A stretch of 58,009 bases of DNA. It comes from Planctomycetota bacterium. Lineage in GTDB: Bacteria > Planctomycetota > Planctomycetia > JALXBF01. The stretch covers positions 1 through 58,009 of the forward strand of contig JALSID010000227.1 of the NCBI GenBank assembly GCA_026981825.1, written 5' to 3'. How positions within the stretch are numbered: position 1 is the first letter of the stretch; the number at the start of each line of letters is the position of its first letter. A program made the position numbers and the translations under genes. Below, piece by piece: positions 39,115 to 48,500 of this stretch. A model generated the notes under the pieces. That model was not told where the DNA came from. It did not search any database and saw nothing but the letters and a program-made list of their open reading frames with translations.

Positions 39115-40443
39115 ATGAGCGAGCAGAAGGAGAAGAGACGCGGTACGTCGCGGCGCGAATTCCTCAAGAAGGGATCGGTAGCGGCCACAGCAGCCGCAAC
39201 TCTCGCAGGGCTTTCCATCGAACGAGCTGCCCACGCGGCTGGTAGCGACGTGATCAAGATCGGTCTGATCGGTTGCGGTGGGCGCGGCACCGGAGCGGTC
39301 CGCGATGCAATCAACAGCGGGCATCCGGTGAAGCTGGTCGCCATGGCAGATGCGTTCGACTTCCAGCTCCAGAAGAGCCTGGAACGCCTGATGGGGGACG
39401 AGAAGCTCCGCAAGCACATCGATGTGCCCCCCGATCGCCAGTTCGCCGGCCTCGATGCCTACAAGCATGTCTGCCAATCGGACGTCGATGTTGTGATCCT
39501 CGCCACTCCTCCCGGCTTCCGGCCGGTTCAGTTTGCCGAGGCGATCAAGAACGGCAAGCACGTGTTTGCGGAAAAGCCGATCGCCACAGACGCTCCTGGA
39601 GTCCGCCTGTTCCTGGCGGCAAACGAAGAAGCCAAGAAGAAGGGGCTCGCCGTGGGTATCGGCCTGCAACGCCACCATCAGGCGGTCTACATCGAGACCA
39701 TGAAGAGGCTCAAGGACGGGGCGATCGGCGACATCAACTTTATGCGCGCCTACTGGAACGGTGCCGGTGTTTGGGTACGCGACCGTTTGCCCGGCATGAA
39801 CGAGATGCAGTACCAGGTGTGGAACTGGTACTACTTCGTTTGGACGTGTGGGGACCACATTGTGGAACAGCACATCCACAACATCGACGTGATTAACTGG
39901 TTGAAGGGAACCCATCCGATCAAAGCCCAGGGTCAGGGTGGCCGACAGGTACGGGTCGGCAAGAAGTACGGCCAGATCTACGACCACCACTTCGTTGAGT
40001 TCACGTACCCGGACGGATCGGTCATGCTCAGCCAGTGCCGCCATATCCCCGGCTGCTGGAACAGCGTCTCCGAGCACGCACACGGCAGCAACGGCTATTG
40101 CCACATTGGGCGAGGCATCATCTACGACAAGAAAGGGAACGTTGTCTGGCGCTACCGCGGCCGGGCACGGAGCCCGTACGTGCAGGAGCACTACGACCTC
40201 TACAGTGCCATCCTGGCTGGGGAACCCTACAACGAGGGGGACTACGGTGCGTACAGCACCATGACCGCCATCATGGGGCGCATGGCCACCTACTCCGGCA
40301 AAGAAGTCACCTGGGAAACCGCGATTAACTCGAACTTGAGCCTGCAACCGACCGAGTACAGTTGGGATGCTGAACCGCCCGTCAAACCGGACAAAGACGG
40401 CTACTATCCGGTAGCAAAGCCGGGTGTCACGATTCCCTGGTAG
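39115..40443 (+). CDS. Tat-exported Gfo/Idh/MocA-family oxidoreductase
   Basis: SRREFLK twin-arginine signal; IGLIGCGGRGTGA, HVFAEKP and GDHIVEQHIHNIDV. Confidence 0.92.
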   Translation: MSEQKEKRRGTSRREFLKKGSVAATAAATLAGLSIERAAHAAGSDVIKIGLIGCGGRGTGAVRDAINSGHPVKLVAMADAFDFQLQKSLERLMGDEKLRKHIDVPPDRQFAGLDAYKHVCQSDVDVVILATPPGFRPVQFAEAIKNGKHVFAEKPIATDAPGVRLFLAANEEAKKKGLAVGIGLQRHHQAVYIETMKRLKDGAIGDINFMRAYWNGAGVWVRDRLPGMNEMQYQVWNWYYFVWTCGDHIVEQHIHNIDVINWLKGTHPIKAQGQGGRQVRVGKKYGQIYDHHFVEFTYPDGSVMLSQCRHIPGCWNSVSEHAHGSNGYCHIGRGIIYDKKGNVVWRYRGRARSPYVQEHYDLYSAILAGEPYNEGDYGAYSTMTAIMGRMATYSGKEVTWETAINSNLSLQPTEYSWDAEPPVKPDKDGYYPVAKPGVTIPW

Positions 40444-40725
40444 GTGCAAGTTCCCGGATTCCTGTGCGTACAGGGGGATGGGTAACCATCCCCCTTGCGA
40501 TTGTTTTGCCCGCCCGTCTTCCGGTGGTTCGCAGTGCGGATCTCGGCTCTGGCCCGGGGAAGCTGCGCGCCCAGTGGTGCCCCTGGAGGGCGCGCCCCAC
40601 GGAAGACCTCGTCCGAACGTGAGGACGAAGTCCACCGGTGGCTCTGGATCGCGACCGTGCGGTTCCGAGCTGTTCGCGAGAATGCACGGGAAGAAACGGA
40701 ATTAGCGTTAGGTTGGAGAGTGCTG

Positions 40726-42183
40726 ATGGTGAACTGGGCGTTCGCTCATCCAGTTGCTGGCCTGATCCTCGTGCTTCTCCTGACCAGCCCCGGTGCTTCC
40801 CAGAGCTCTCAACCGCTGCGTCTGCATCCCGATAACCCCCATTACTTCCTGTGGCGCGGCCGAACGACAGTGCTGGTTACTTCAGGCGAACACTACGGGG
40901 CGCTGCTCAACCTCGACTTCGACTACCGCCGCTACTTCGCCGAGCTCTCCAGGCACGGACTGAACCACACGCGGCTTTTCTCCGGGGTCTATCGTGAAGT
41001 GCCAAGTTCGTTCGGTATCACCGACAACACGCTTGCACCTCGACCAGGCCGCTACCTCTGCCCATGGGCGAGAAGCGACCGGCCCGGCTATTACGACGGG
41101 GGCAACAAGTTCGACCTGACTCGGTACGACCCGGCCTACTTCCGTCGGCTGCACGATCTCATGTCTGAGGCATCCCGCCACGGAATCGTGGTGGAGTTCA
41201 ACCTGTTCTGCCCCCTGTACCATGAAAACCTCTGGAAAGCGTCGCCCATGAACGCCGCGAATAACGTGAACGGCATCGGCGATTGTCCCCGTACCGAGGT
41301 CTATACCCTGAAGCACCCAGAACTTCTCCGCGTGCAACTTGATTTCGTACGCAAGGTCGTGCGTGAACTTGCGCCGTACGACAACCTGTACTATGAGGTT
41401 TGCAACGAGCCCTATTTCGGAGGGGTCACGCAGGAGTGGCAGGAGAAGGTGATCGAGACCATCGTCGAAACCGAACGCTCTCTCCCAACGCGGCACTTGA
41501 TCTCGCTGAACATCGCCAATGGCAGGAAGAAGGTGGAGAACGTCCATCCGAACGTCTCGATCCTCAACTTCCATTACTGCGTGCCACCGGACACGGTGGA
41601 GTTGAACTACGCGCTCAATCGCGTGATCGGCGAGAATGAAACCGGTTTCCGGGGCCGTGACGACATCCTGTACCGGACCGAAGGCTGGGACTTCATCCTG
41701 GCCGGCGGTGCACTGTATAGCAACCTCGACTACAGCTTCACGCCGAAACATCCTGACGGGAGCTTTCGAGAGTACCGGTCGCCAGGAGGCGGCAGCCCGG
41801 AGTTGCGCGCCCAGCTCGGCGTTCTCAAGCGTTTCATCGAGTCGTTTGATTTAGTCCACATGAGGCCATGTCGAGAAATCATCCGAGAATTGTCCCCCTC
41901 ACTGACGGCCTACGCCCTTGGCAACCCGGGCCGTGAGTACGCGATCTACATGCACGTCCCCTTACCCTGGAAGCCAAAGCGGCTGGCCGACCATTTGCGC
42001 ACGGACATCGAGGTCAACCTAGCGCTAGCCATACCGGATGGCAGATACGTCGCCGAGTGGATAAGTCCCATCACGGGCGAACCCCTCGCGAAGCAGACCG
42101 TACGCAGCAACAACGGCATCCTGCACCTTCGCTCGCCCAGGTTCGATAACGACGTGGCCCTGGCAGTCCGCGCAGCGAAATAA
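40726..42183 (+). CDS. Exported clan GH-A-like glycoside hydrolase with C-terminal beta-sandwich
   Basis: Signal peptide; HPDNPHYF, EVCNEP (candidate acid/base) and IGENETGF (candidate nucleophile); C-terminal YAIYM..YVAEWISPITGE. Confidence 0.65.
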   Translation: MVNWAFAHPVAGLILVLLLTSPGASQSSQPLRLHPDNPHYFLWRGRTTVLVTSGEHYGALLNLDFDYRRYFAELSRHGLNHTRLFSGVYREVPSSFGITDNTLAPRPGRYLCPWARSDRPGYYDGGNKFDLTRYDPAYFRRLHDLMSEASRHGIVVEFNLFCPLYHENLWKASPMNAANNVNGIGDCPRTEVYTLKHPELLRVQLDFVRKVVRELAPYDNLYYEVCNEPYFGGVTQEWQEKVIETIVETERSLPTRHLISLNIANGRKKVENVHPNVSILNFHYCVPPDTVELNYALNRVIGENETGFRGRDDILYRTEGWDFILAGGALYSNLDYSFTPKHPDGSFREYRSPGGGSPELRAQLGVLKRFIESFDLVHMRPCREIIRELSPSLTAYALGNPGREYAIYMHVPLPWKPKRLADHLRTDIEVNLALAIPDGRYVAEWISPITGEPLAKQTVRSNNGILHLRSPRFDNDVALAVRAAK

Positions 42184-42416
42184 CACTGCGTGGCGCACGT
42201 TCTCCGCCCCCAGCGGCCGGTCATTAGTCCGGCGTCGTCCCGTGTTCGCTCAGCCTGCCCTTACCCACCCGGGGCGTCGCACGAAAGTGCCTGTGCTCTG
42301 ACCCCGCGTTGACAGCGGTTCCAACCCGGGATCGAGATTGAGCCCCCCGCCGCGTGTACGGAGCGGTTCTTTCCGCGTTCCGCGCTCGTTGGCCGGCTCA
42401 GTAGCGCATGCAACCT

Positions 42417-43067
42417 CTACCACCGGCATTCGGGTGCAGCATCTTCTGGCGGCTTGTCTGGTGCAGGTTCGCTCGAAGCTGTCGCCCCACGCTCGGCCCG
42501 CAAGCGTTCGACTTCTCGCCAGCCGGCATCCGTTAGCTCCCAACGGCCCCGCGGGGAATCGTCACGGAGTAGACCTTCGCGGACCAGGGTAACGCGGCAC
42601 CATGCAACGGTGTTCCTCCACCTCGGGTTGTTCGGCATCGAGCCCACGGGGAGCAGATCGTACTCATTCAGCTCGTCCCGCATGCGTTCCCCGACACGAT
42701 CCGTCACTTCTTTCGCGGTACCGCTGCCCCCAAGCTCGGCCAGAACCTCCAGCAAGGGGCCACGAAACCTCTCCTCGGGCGTCCTCAAACCGCGTTTCAA
42801 TCGTGTGGGACGGCCCTCGCGCCACAGGTACGGAGCCAAAACCGTCTTACGCAGTTCCTCCCACTCCGCCTGCATCTGGCGCAACCGTTGGCGAAAGTCA
42901 GCGAGCCTTTCGCCGGTTGCCATGACCAGCCGCGCGGTATCGTACTCGCCCTGCTTCAGGGCATCTGCCCCCTTTTCGTTGATCGCATCAATGATATCTT
43001 CGACTTCTTCCAGCAGCGACTCAAACGCGACACGAACGTCAAATTCTTCTTGACGCAGCTCGCTCAT
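42417..43067 (-). CDS. Helical N-domain plus Mrr N-terminal-like winged helix; no nuclease domain
   Basis: FRGPLLEVLAELGGSG..RWRNTVAWCRVTLVREGLL..SPRGRWELTDAG matches Mrr_N by eye; GGGGGAGAG RBS before ATG 43067. Confidence 0.8.
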   Translation of the reverse strand: MSELRQEEFDVRVAFESLLEEVEDIIDAINEKGADALKQGEYDTARLVMATGERLADFRQRLRQMQAEWEELRKTVLAPYLWREGRPTRLKRGLRTPEERFRGPLLEVLAELGGSGTAKEVTDRVGERMRDELNEYDLLPVGSMPNNPRWRNTVAWCRVTLVREGLLRDDSPRGRWELTDAGWREVERLRAERGATASSEPAPDKPPEDAAPECRW

Positions 43068-43513
43068 AGGTCTCTCCCCCCACGGGTTCCAGGAACCAGC
43101 TCGCACCAAACACTATTTTGCCCGATCCGGCACCCGCCGACCAGACCCGGGCAATCTGCTCTCAGCCTCTGGCGCCTGACCACCCGACCAACCCGCCGCA
43201 AGAGAACGGGGAACAGTCGCGACCCGGTCTTCGCGCAGAGCCCCCCGGAGTCGTTAGAACGACGCAGCAGGGTTCAAGCGTACGGGCTAGGCCGGCCTTG
43301 CTCGGAGCCTGGCACAACCTGCCCGCTGTTTTCCCCTTAGGAATAGACCCGTACGTAAGGGAGTGCCCCCTGGATGCCGTCAGTCGGTACGATGGGTACT
43401 GGTCCGGTTGCCTGGTGCTGGCTTGCGTAGCGGAACGTCAGATTCTTGTCCGCCAAACGTAGTGCTAATGAAGACCGAAAGACCGGGAGGTGGTCACGAC
43501 GGAGAGTGAGGCT

Positions 43514-45295
43514 ATGTCCGAGAGGAACCATTATCTGCTTACGGCGCTGGGCACGAAGCTCACCCCGACTGAGTACGAGCTAGGTTCGCAACGTGTCCAG
43601 TCGCCCGCTGCACCGCTTGCGCTACTGCAGCTCTTGACCGGGTCCGCCCGTCCGAATCGGGTCGTGGTCGTCCTTACCCCCGGAGCAAAGGCCAAAACGT
43701 GGGATCAGTTCCGGAACGAGTTCGCGCAGCGTCTCGAAGGCAGCGACATCGTGCTGGAGCCTCCGGTGGAGGTACCCGACGGTCGATCGACAGAAGAGAT
43801 TCGCGAGATTCTCCAGAAAGTGGCAGATCGTTTTCGAACTCCCTGTAGGCTTACCATCGACGTAACCCATGGGTTCCGCCACTTCCCCTTCATCGTCTAT
43901 CCGCTCATGCTCTACCTCAGTTCCCTTCGTAACGTGACCATTGAAGGTGCTTACTACGGCATGATCGGTTCACCGGCCGAGGCTGGTCCATGGCCAATCA
44001 TCAGTCTTGAACCACTGGTCCGCCTGCCCGAGTGGTTCTACGGCGTGCGGACTTTCCGTGAATATGGTGTGACCGATGGACTGGGCACCCGGCTAAGCGA
44101 GTTGTTTGACGAGCGCCGCGCCGAGCTCCAGCGGCAAGGTCAGGGAGACCGTATCAGCGAAGAAGCTGCTCCTCTGAGGGAGGCTGCGGGCGCGCTCGGC
44201 TACTTCGGGTCTTTCTATGGCCTGGGGCTCCCACTGGAGCTAGGTCGCGCCGTGCGGCGTGTGCAACTCCGTTCGGAGCAGATCAGGAATTGTCTCGGCG
44301 ATCACGTTCCGCTGGGCGAAGAACTGTTCGAGTTGATCGCAGATTCGCTCACACGGTTTGCGTTCGACCAGGCTCGCGTGCCCAGCTTTAGTGGGGAGTG
44401 GAAGAGAACGGTGCCGCTGGACGGGGAAGAGCTCGAGAGGCAGGCCCGGCTTATCGAGCAGTATCTGAACCGCAGGCAGTTCGCCCAGGGCTTGGCGCTG
44501 TTGCGCGAATGGGTTATTTCCTGGGTGATTTGGCAACGGAGCGAGGAAGCCCACTGGCTGGAGCGAGAGGTTCGGCAGCAAGCGGAACGGTACCTTGGGG
44601 CTGCCGACCGACTGGTGAGGAATGGCGACTCATCTCTTCCCGAAGACTTGCGCGTCCTGGGTGACTTCTGGAACCAACTCACCCAGCTTCGTAACCAGGT
44701 GGCACACAACGGAATGGGACCTGCTGCGGTTGAGATCGATGAGGAGACCATTGCCCCTATAACCGAGCGCTGGAACGAACTGCGGCGAGCGGGCCGGATC
44801 GAGCTGCCCGCGGTCGGTGGCGGCGGCGGCACGGTACTGGTGACGCCGCAAGGCCAGCGGAAGGGGGTTGTGTTCTCCGCGCTAAGAACCGCCGACAAAC
44901 TGGGCCGTGAGGTGAGTCGATGCCTTGTCGTGTGTTCCGAACAGTCGAAGAGCACGCTGAATGAAGCCGCCGAGGCCGCAGGGTTCACCGGCGAGATCAT
45001 CCCCCTTGTCCTCTCCGACCCATTCGCTGGTTTCGACGAACTGGCGCGGATCAGCAAAGAAACGGAGGAGATCGTTCGCGCCGCCGACGAGCTTCTCGCC
45101 AACCTAACCGGGGGCACGACATTGATGGGCATTGCCATCCAAAGGATCGTCGAACAGGCGCAGAGGTGGGCGCGGCCCACCCTACGATTCGCCCTCGTGG
45201 ACCGTAGGCCCGTGGACGAACAATCAGCAGCCCCCTTTGTCGAGAGTGAGTACTACCTTCTCGACGAACAAACGGACGCCACGGAGACGTCGTGA
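43514..45295 (+). CDS. csx1: Csx1-like (DxTHG / TM1812-type) CARF-HEPN ribonuclease with an additional C-terminal CARF-like domain
   Basis: DVTHG at 43859-43873; HEPN R-x4-H motif RNQVAH at 44690-44707; GGGGG linker, then a Rossmann-like domain with NLTGGT at 45101-45118. Confidence 0.8.
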   Translation: MSERNHYLLTALGTKLTPTEYELGSQRVQSPAAPLALLQLLTGSARPNRVVVVLTPGAKAKTWDQFRNEFAQRLEGSDIVLEPPVEVPDGRSTEEIREILQKVADRFRTPCRLTIDVTHGFRHFPFIVYPLMLYLSSLRNVTIEGAYYGMIGSPAEAGPWPIISLEPLVRLPEWFYGVRTFREYGVTDGLGTRLSELFDERRAELQRQGQGDRISEEAAPLREAAGALGYFGSFYGLGLPLELGRAVRRVQLRSEQIRNCLGDHVPLGEELFELIADSLTRFAFDQARVPSFSGEWKRTVPLDGEELERQARLIEQYLNRRQFAQGLALLREWVISWVIWQRSEEAHWLEREVRQQAERYLGAADRLVRNGDSSLPEDLRVLGDFWNQLTQLRNQVAHNGMGPAAVEIDEETIAPITERWNELRRAGRIELPAVGGGGGTVLVTPQGQRKGVVFSALRTADKLGREVSRCLVVCSEQSKSTLNEAAEAAGFTGEIIPLVLSDPFAGFDELARISKETEEIVRAADELLANLTGGTTLMGIAIQRIVEQAQRWARPTLRFALVDRRPVDEQSAAPFVESEYYLLDEQTDATETS

Positions 45296-45466
45296 TCGCG
45301 GCAGTCCACAGAGGCGGTCGAAGCACCGGATGTTCTGGCGTAGGGACCGGCCGCCGTTGACGGCTCTCCCACAGGCCCCGGAAGCGCCCGCCTACACGCA
45401 GCCAAACCAAAGGCCAGCAGCTCAGCGACGTGCTGCAGGGGTGGCGAGGACAACACGGCGCACATG

Positions 45467-45495
45467 AAAAGGGGCTGGTTTCCAAACCAGCCCCT
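45467..45495 (-). terminator. Strong intrinsic terminator of the giant gene
   Basis: AGGGGCTGGTTT-CC-AAACCAGCCCCT perfect 12-bp dyad; read on the minus strand the stem is followed by a T4 run. Confidence 0.85.
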
Positions 45496-45535
45496 ACGGT
45501 CCGACAGTTGACTCGGCGAAGGATGAACGGAGGGC

Positions 45536-48500
45536 CTAGCCACGGGCCCGCCGCACAATGTCCCGTTCCACTGCACGCGAGTCCTTCAGGATCCTGTTCA
45601 ATGTATCGTCGAGGATCAGGTTGTCGATGGCGAGGTCCACGTAGAGGATGTCTCGGCCCTTGCCGTCCTGGATCGTGTCCCGACCGGCACCACCGGTGAT
45701 GATGTCCTTGGCTACACCACCGGAGATCAGGTCGTTACCGGCGCCGCCCGACAGCTCGTCCTTGCCGCCTTCGCCATAGATCTCGTCGTTACCGCCCTGT
45801 CCGGCGACGATGTCGTTACCGCGTCCTGCGAAGATCACGTCGTCGCCGGGGCCACCCAGGATGCGGTCGTGGCCGAAGCCGGTGGGCAACAATTCGTGAT
45901 CGCCGTAGATCAGGTCATCACCGCCCTGACCGCGGAGGCGGTCGTCGCCGTTGTTCCCGATCAGGGTATCGTTGCCGCTCCCGGCGTTGATCGTGTCGTT
46001 CCCCTCACCACCGACCAGGTAGTCTTTCCCTGCCGCTCCGACCAGGACGTCGTTCCCGTCGCGGCCATCGACGTAGTCATCCCCCTGCTCACCGCGGAGG
46101 ATATCGCGACCGGCGCCGCCAAGCAGGCGGTCGTTACCGTAGCCGCCGAAGCTCACCACCCGCTGCGGAACGGCTTCACCGGCTTCGAGCTCGTCGTCAC
46201 CGTCACCGCCGAAGATCATTACTCGCGTCAGCGGTCCCGAACCAAGCACCGCGTCGACCAGCTCGGCGGTGTACGGTGTATCGATGTCCAACCCGCCGCC
46301 GCGGATCAGGATGTCCCGCGGATCGCCGGTGTCAACGCCCGTGCGGATCAGATCGTCGAGGTCGGTGCCGGTGATTTCGAGCCGGCTATTGACACGGTTG
46401 ACCATCTGGGTGATAGCGAGGTCGTAGAGTCCGATGTCGTCCGTACCGCTGGCCGCCGTCACGTGGATCAGGAACTCCTCGCCTTGAGCGGCGAAGAAAT
46501 CGACGCGGTCCGGAGGACAGGCAGCGATCGGACAAGGCAACGGAGTAGTCAGATCGGAGGCACGGAAGACCTCCACGTCCAGGTCGCCGCTGATGGTCGG
46601 ATCGGTGGTGAGCTGGACGGTGACGATCCCGTTCGTGGGGGCAACAAACCGGTACCAGTCGTCGTCGCCGAAGGTTCGGGTCATGAGTTCCACGGCGCCG
46701 CGCACCGACCGCCGGTTGCGGATGACGTAGACGGGCAGAGTCGGTGTCGCAGCCGTGGCCGGAGTATCGTCGCGGGTCGGAGTGCTGTCGAACACATCGT
46801 GGTTGGTGATGCGGAGGCTGTAGGGGCTGGGCCCGGTGAGCGTGGTAATCCGTGCGAAGAACTGTTCGCCGGCGGCATTCACCGGCACAGTAACGCTCCG
46901 CACGCTGCCGCCCCCGGAGGCGGACCCGATAACGACTCCCGAGCTGTTCAGCACCTCAAGCTGCAGATCGGCACGCGCCGGATTCGCCACAGTTATGGTG
47001 AACTGGAACGTTCCCGGTGCTGCCGCGGTGACGCGGAACACGTCCACGTCCACCTGCGGACGGGTCGGGATCGTCAAATCGTCCAAGATCACGTCCACAA
47101 CCCGGCCGTGATCGGTGGCGGTGTCCAGGGTGTCGTTGGGTTCAAACCGATCGGGCACGACCACGTCAAAGACGGCGACGAAGTCGCCACCCGGCACACC
47201 GTCACCACTCGGGAACACTCCGGAGAACTCACCGTCAATCCGGTTGTCCGCAAGATCCTCCAGGCTGGTGTCACCCTCGATCGTGAACGTATAGCTGTCG
47301 TTCGGCAGCGGTGACACAAGCGGGATGACCAGGGTGTTGCCGCTCAAGTTCGACGGGTCGATGATCATCAGGTTCGAGACGTCGCCGCTCAACGCCCCGA
47401 CCAGGCTGAAGTTGGCCGGGATGATAGTCGCCGGGTCGATGTCGTCCGAATCGAAGGTGACAACGATCTGCGTCGGGTTGACGTTCACCTCGGGGTACGG
47501 ATCGAGGTTCGTGACCCGCGGACCGGTAACGTCGACGGTGAACTCCAGCGGGCTAGAGATCGCCACGTTGCCGGCCTTGTCGGTAACCCGCACGCGAGCC
47601 ACATAGTCCCCCTCGGGCAGGGTCGTGTTCACGGTAACCAGGAACGCGCCGTTGGCGTCGGTGAGCACCGTTCCTTCGGTGAAGTCGCCGCCTACCCCCT
47701 CGATGTCCAGCTCCACCGTTAGACCGGTCACGTCCGCCAGGGAATCGAACGGAGCGATATCGCGGACGAGACCGATGAACGTGGGGGTCGTGTCGTTAGT
47801 TCGCCGCACCGGCCGCGGCGTTCCGTCATCTTCGGCCAACTGCAGCGTGACCGTTGGTGCGCTGGTATCCACCTCGATGGTCAGCGCCGGAGGCGGCGCG
47901 AACGCTTCGTTGCCGGCCAGATCCACAACACGGACCTGGACGTCGTAAATGCCGTCCGCCAGCGGCGGATCGACCAGCACGCTCGCAAAACCGCTGGCGT
48001 CCGTGGCGCCGAAACCGTCGTCGAATAGGCCATCGCCGTCCAGTTCGAGGTAGACCAGGTTACCGGCAAGCTGACCCGGGAAGTTGTCGTTCACAGTCAC
48101 GTTTATGTGGGGCTGATCCAGGTTCGTGCGATTGTCGCCGAAGACGCCCGTGTCATCGGTGGGTTCGAGCTCGACGCTGAGGATCGTGGGCGGCTCTGCC
48201 TCGTACACGAACGGCCGCACAAAGTTGCCACCGGGCACTCCGTCACCGCTCGGCAGCGGATTGGCTAGACCGCCCGGCCCCGGGAACTCACCATCCAGCG
48301 CCAGGAAGACCGTGTCCTGCAGCCCGGCACCGCCATAGGGGGACGCGCCGGCGTAGACCGTGAGCTGATACAGGTCGAACACGGTCAGGGTATCGAACTG
48401 GAGTTCGACCTGGCTGCGTGGCTCGAGGCCTCCGCTTGCCGGCAAGATCGTGTGGGTGATGCCGGTAAGCGGAATGATCACATCGTCGGCGGTGTTCAGC

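Noticed and set aside
38941-40635. Long antisense ORFs (also 17879-19201, 14844-16154, 21812-23026, 9292-10380)
   Set aside because: Each lies fully opposite a well-supported gene and has no protein-like features
43310-43322. TGGCAC..TGC upstream of csx1 as a sigma54 promoter (also a minus-strand candidate at 31546-31560)
   Set aside because: GG-to-GC spacing is short by two and one nucleotides respectively; sigma54 spacing is strict
42184-45535. CRISPR array or cas operon around csx1
   Set aside because: No repeat-spacer periodicity in 43068-43513 or 45296-45535 and no other cas gene; no integrase, terminal repeats or target duplication seen either
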